Source: Trichodelitschia bisporula
Lineage: Eukaryota
Direction of reading: 5' to 3'
NCBI GenBank assembly: GCA_010356995.1
Contig: ML996691.1
Span: 936,174-1,000,173 of the forward strand
DNA length: 64,000 nt
Shown: one piece after another, positions 61,704-64,000 of the stretch
Numbering within the stretch: position 1 is the first letter of the stretch
Layout of the letters: each line of letters begins with the position of its first letter
The notes under the pieces: generated by a model
Databases searched by the model: none
What the model was told of the DNA's origin: nothing
What the model saw: the letters and a program-made list of their open reading frames with translations, nothing else
Program-made: the position numbers and the translations under genes

Positions 61704-64000
61704 ATGTCTCGTCCGGAGCTCAAAGTCGACGATGAAGTCGGCTTCATCAGGTTCTTCCGCAACCTGCCCGAAACCGGAGACGACACGGTACGGATCTTCG
61801 ACCGCGGCGATTACTACACCGCGCACGACCAGAATGCCGTTTTCATTGCCAGAACCGTACAGTAATCTCTCTGCTTTCGTGGTGCTTTTTTTTTTTGACA
61901 CGCACAGGTTTACCGCTCCACCTCCGTAATCCGCTCCCTTGGCCGCGATCCCGGCCTCGACTCCGTCACCATGTCCCCAACCGTCTTCCGCAACTTCCTC
62001 CGCGAAGCTCTCATGCGTCTTGGCAAGCGTGTCGAGATCTGGCAGTCCTCGGGCAAGATGGCCTGGAAGGTGGTCAAGCAGGCCTCACCGGGCAATCTGC
62101 AGGATGTGGAGGAAGAGCTGGGGGGGCAGATGGATAGCGCGCCTATCATCCTTGCGGTTAAGATTCAGGCTCGTGCGGCGGAGACGAGGTCCGTTGGTGT
62201 CGCGTTTGCGGATGCGAGTGTCCGTGAGCTTGGTGTGGCGGAGTTTGTGGATAATGAGTTGTACTCGAATTTCGAGGCGCTTGTTATCCAGCTCGGGGTG
62301 CGCGAGATCTTGGTCGTGGCGGATGCGGCGAGGAAGGATATTGAGCTGGCTAAGCTACGGAATATCGGGGATGCGTGTGGGTGCGCGGTGTCGGAGCGTG
62401 CGGGTGGAGATTTTACCACCAAGGACATCGAGCAGGATCTTAGCCGGTTGCTTCGCGAGGAGGGGCGTGCGGGACAGTTGCCACAGGCGGATCTGAGACT
62501 TGCTATGGGGTCGGCGGCGGCGCTGATCAAGTATCTGGGCGTCATGTCGGATGCGTCTAACTTTGGCCAGTATCAGCTGTACCAGCACGACTTGACGCAG
62601 TACATGAAGCTCGATGCTTCCGCGCTCAAGGCGCTGAATCTAATGCCTGGACTGCGGGATGGCGCAAAGAACATGAGCCTTTACGGGCTGCTGAATCACT
62701 GCAAAACGCCGGTTGGGAGCAGATTACTGGCGCAGTGGCTCAAGCAGCCGCTCATGGATGTCAAGGAGATTGAGCGGAGGCAGCAGCTGGTCGAGGCGTT
62801 TGTCGTGGATACAGAGCTGCGGCAGACGATACAGGAGGAGCACATGCGTTCCATTCCGGATTTGTACCGGCTGGCTAAGAAGTTCCAGCGCAAGAAGGCG
62901 AATCTCGAGGACGTGGTTCGCGCGTACCAGGTCGCTATCCGGCTTCCCGGATTTGTGGGCACGCTTGAGGGTGTCATGGACGAGCAATACAAGGACCCGC
63001 TGGACACAGAGTACACGAGGAAGCTGCAGGAATGCTCGGAGGCCCTAGCCAAATTGCAAGAGATGGTCGAGACTTCGGTTGATCTTGAGGCTCTGGATAA
63101 CCACGAGTTCATCATCAAGCCCGAATTCGACGATGGTCTGCGCGTCATCAAGAAGCAACTTGACAACACAAAAGTCGAAATTGAGCAAGAGCACAAGCGC
63201 GTCGGTCGCGATCTCCACCAGGACACGGAGAAGAAGCTCATGCTGGAACATCACCGTGTACACGGCTGGTGCTTCCGCCTCACGCGCGCCGAGTCCGGGT
63301 GCATCCGCAACAATCGCGAATACCAGGAGATCTCAACGCAGAAGAACGGTGTGTACTTCACCACCCACACGCTGAGCACCCTGCGGCGCACACACGACGA
63401 CCTAGCCAACAAATACAACCGCACGCAAAGCGGGCTCGTCGCCGAGGTGGTGGGCGTAGCTGCATCCTACTGCCCCGTCTTCGAGAAACTCGCCGGCATC
63501 CTCGCGCATCTCGACGTCATCGTCAGCTTCGCCCACGTCTCCGTCCACGCCCCAACATCCTACGTGCGGCCCAAGATCCACCCGCGCGGCACCGGCAACA
63601 CGATTCTCAAGGAAGCGCGCCACCCGTGCATGGAGGCGCAGGACGATATCCAATTCATTACCAACGACGTCGCGCTCGAGCGGGGCAAATCCGAGTTCCT
63701 AATCATCACCGGGCCGAATATGGGCGGTAAATCGACGTACATCCGGCAAATCGGCGTCATCGCACTGATGGCGCAAACGGGCTGCTTCGTCCCCTGCACG
63801 GAAGCCGAACTCACCATCTACGACTGCATTCTCGCGCGCGTCGGCGCCAGCGACTCACAACTCAAAGGCGTGTCCACCTTCATGGCCGAAATGCTCGAGA
63901 CAGCCAACATCCTCAAGTCCGCGACCAAGGAGTCACTCATCATCATCGACGAGCTTGGCCGCGGTACAAGCACGTATGACGGCTTCGGGCTCGCGTGGGC
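61704..64000 (+). CDS. MSH2: DNA mismatch repair protein MSH2 (5' part; runs off the window)
   Basis: MSRPELKVDDEVGFIRFF, FDRGDYYTAH, ASPGNLQDVEEEL, Walker A IITGPNMGGKSTYIRQ, GVSTFMAEMLET, IIDELGRGTSTYDGFGLAW. Confidence 0.97.

Overview
Eukaryotic, intron-containing, GC-rich genomic DNA from a filamentous ascomycete (Pezizomycotina; probably Dothideomycetes, which is an inference). Most of the window is a housekeeping neighbourhood: a DUF167 protein, arginase, a type II NADH dehydrogenase, a HET-domain protein, a CYSTM protein, an FLC/TRP-like transporter, a GH128 glucanase, tRNA-Gly(GCC), dCMP deaminase, ATG7, flotillin, two uncharacterised secreted His-motif proteins, PYM1, QCR9, UBR1 and the 5' part of MSH2. 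The stand-out is an accessory-looking block of about 13 kb (about 17.9-30.8 kb) between the GH128 gene and tRNA-Gly. It holds an apparently intact DNMT5 (C5 cytosine methyltransferase + SNF2 ATPase + RING-like Cys cluster). Directly downstream lies a roughly 2-kb relic made of diverged DNMT5 coding and upstream fragments in scrambled, non-colinear order. The block also has two decayed genes, one broken by CAR->TAR-type stops, and a TpA-rich, RIP-like tract. Secondary observations: a tandem pair of secreted proteins with putative copper-binding His/Met motifs (one SURNod19/PHM-like), and alternating C-rich/G-rich blocks inside many genes. All alignments were done by eye, so fragment boundaries are approximate.
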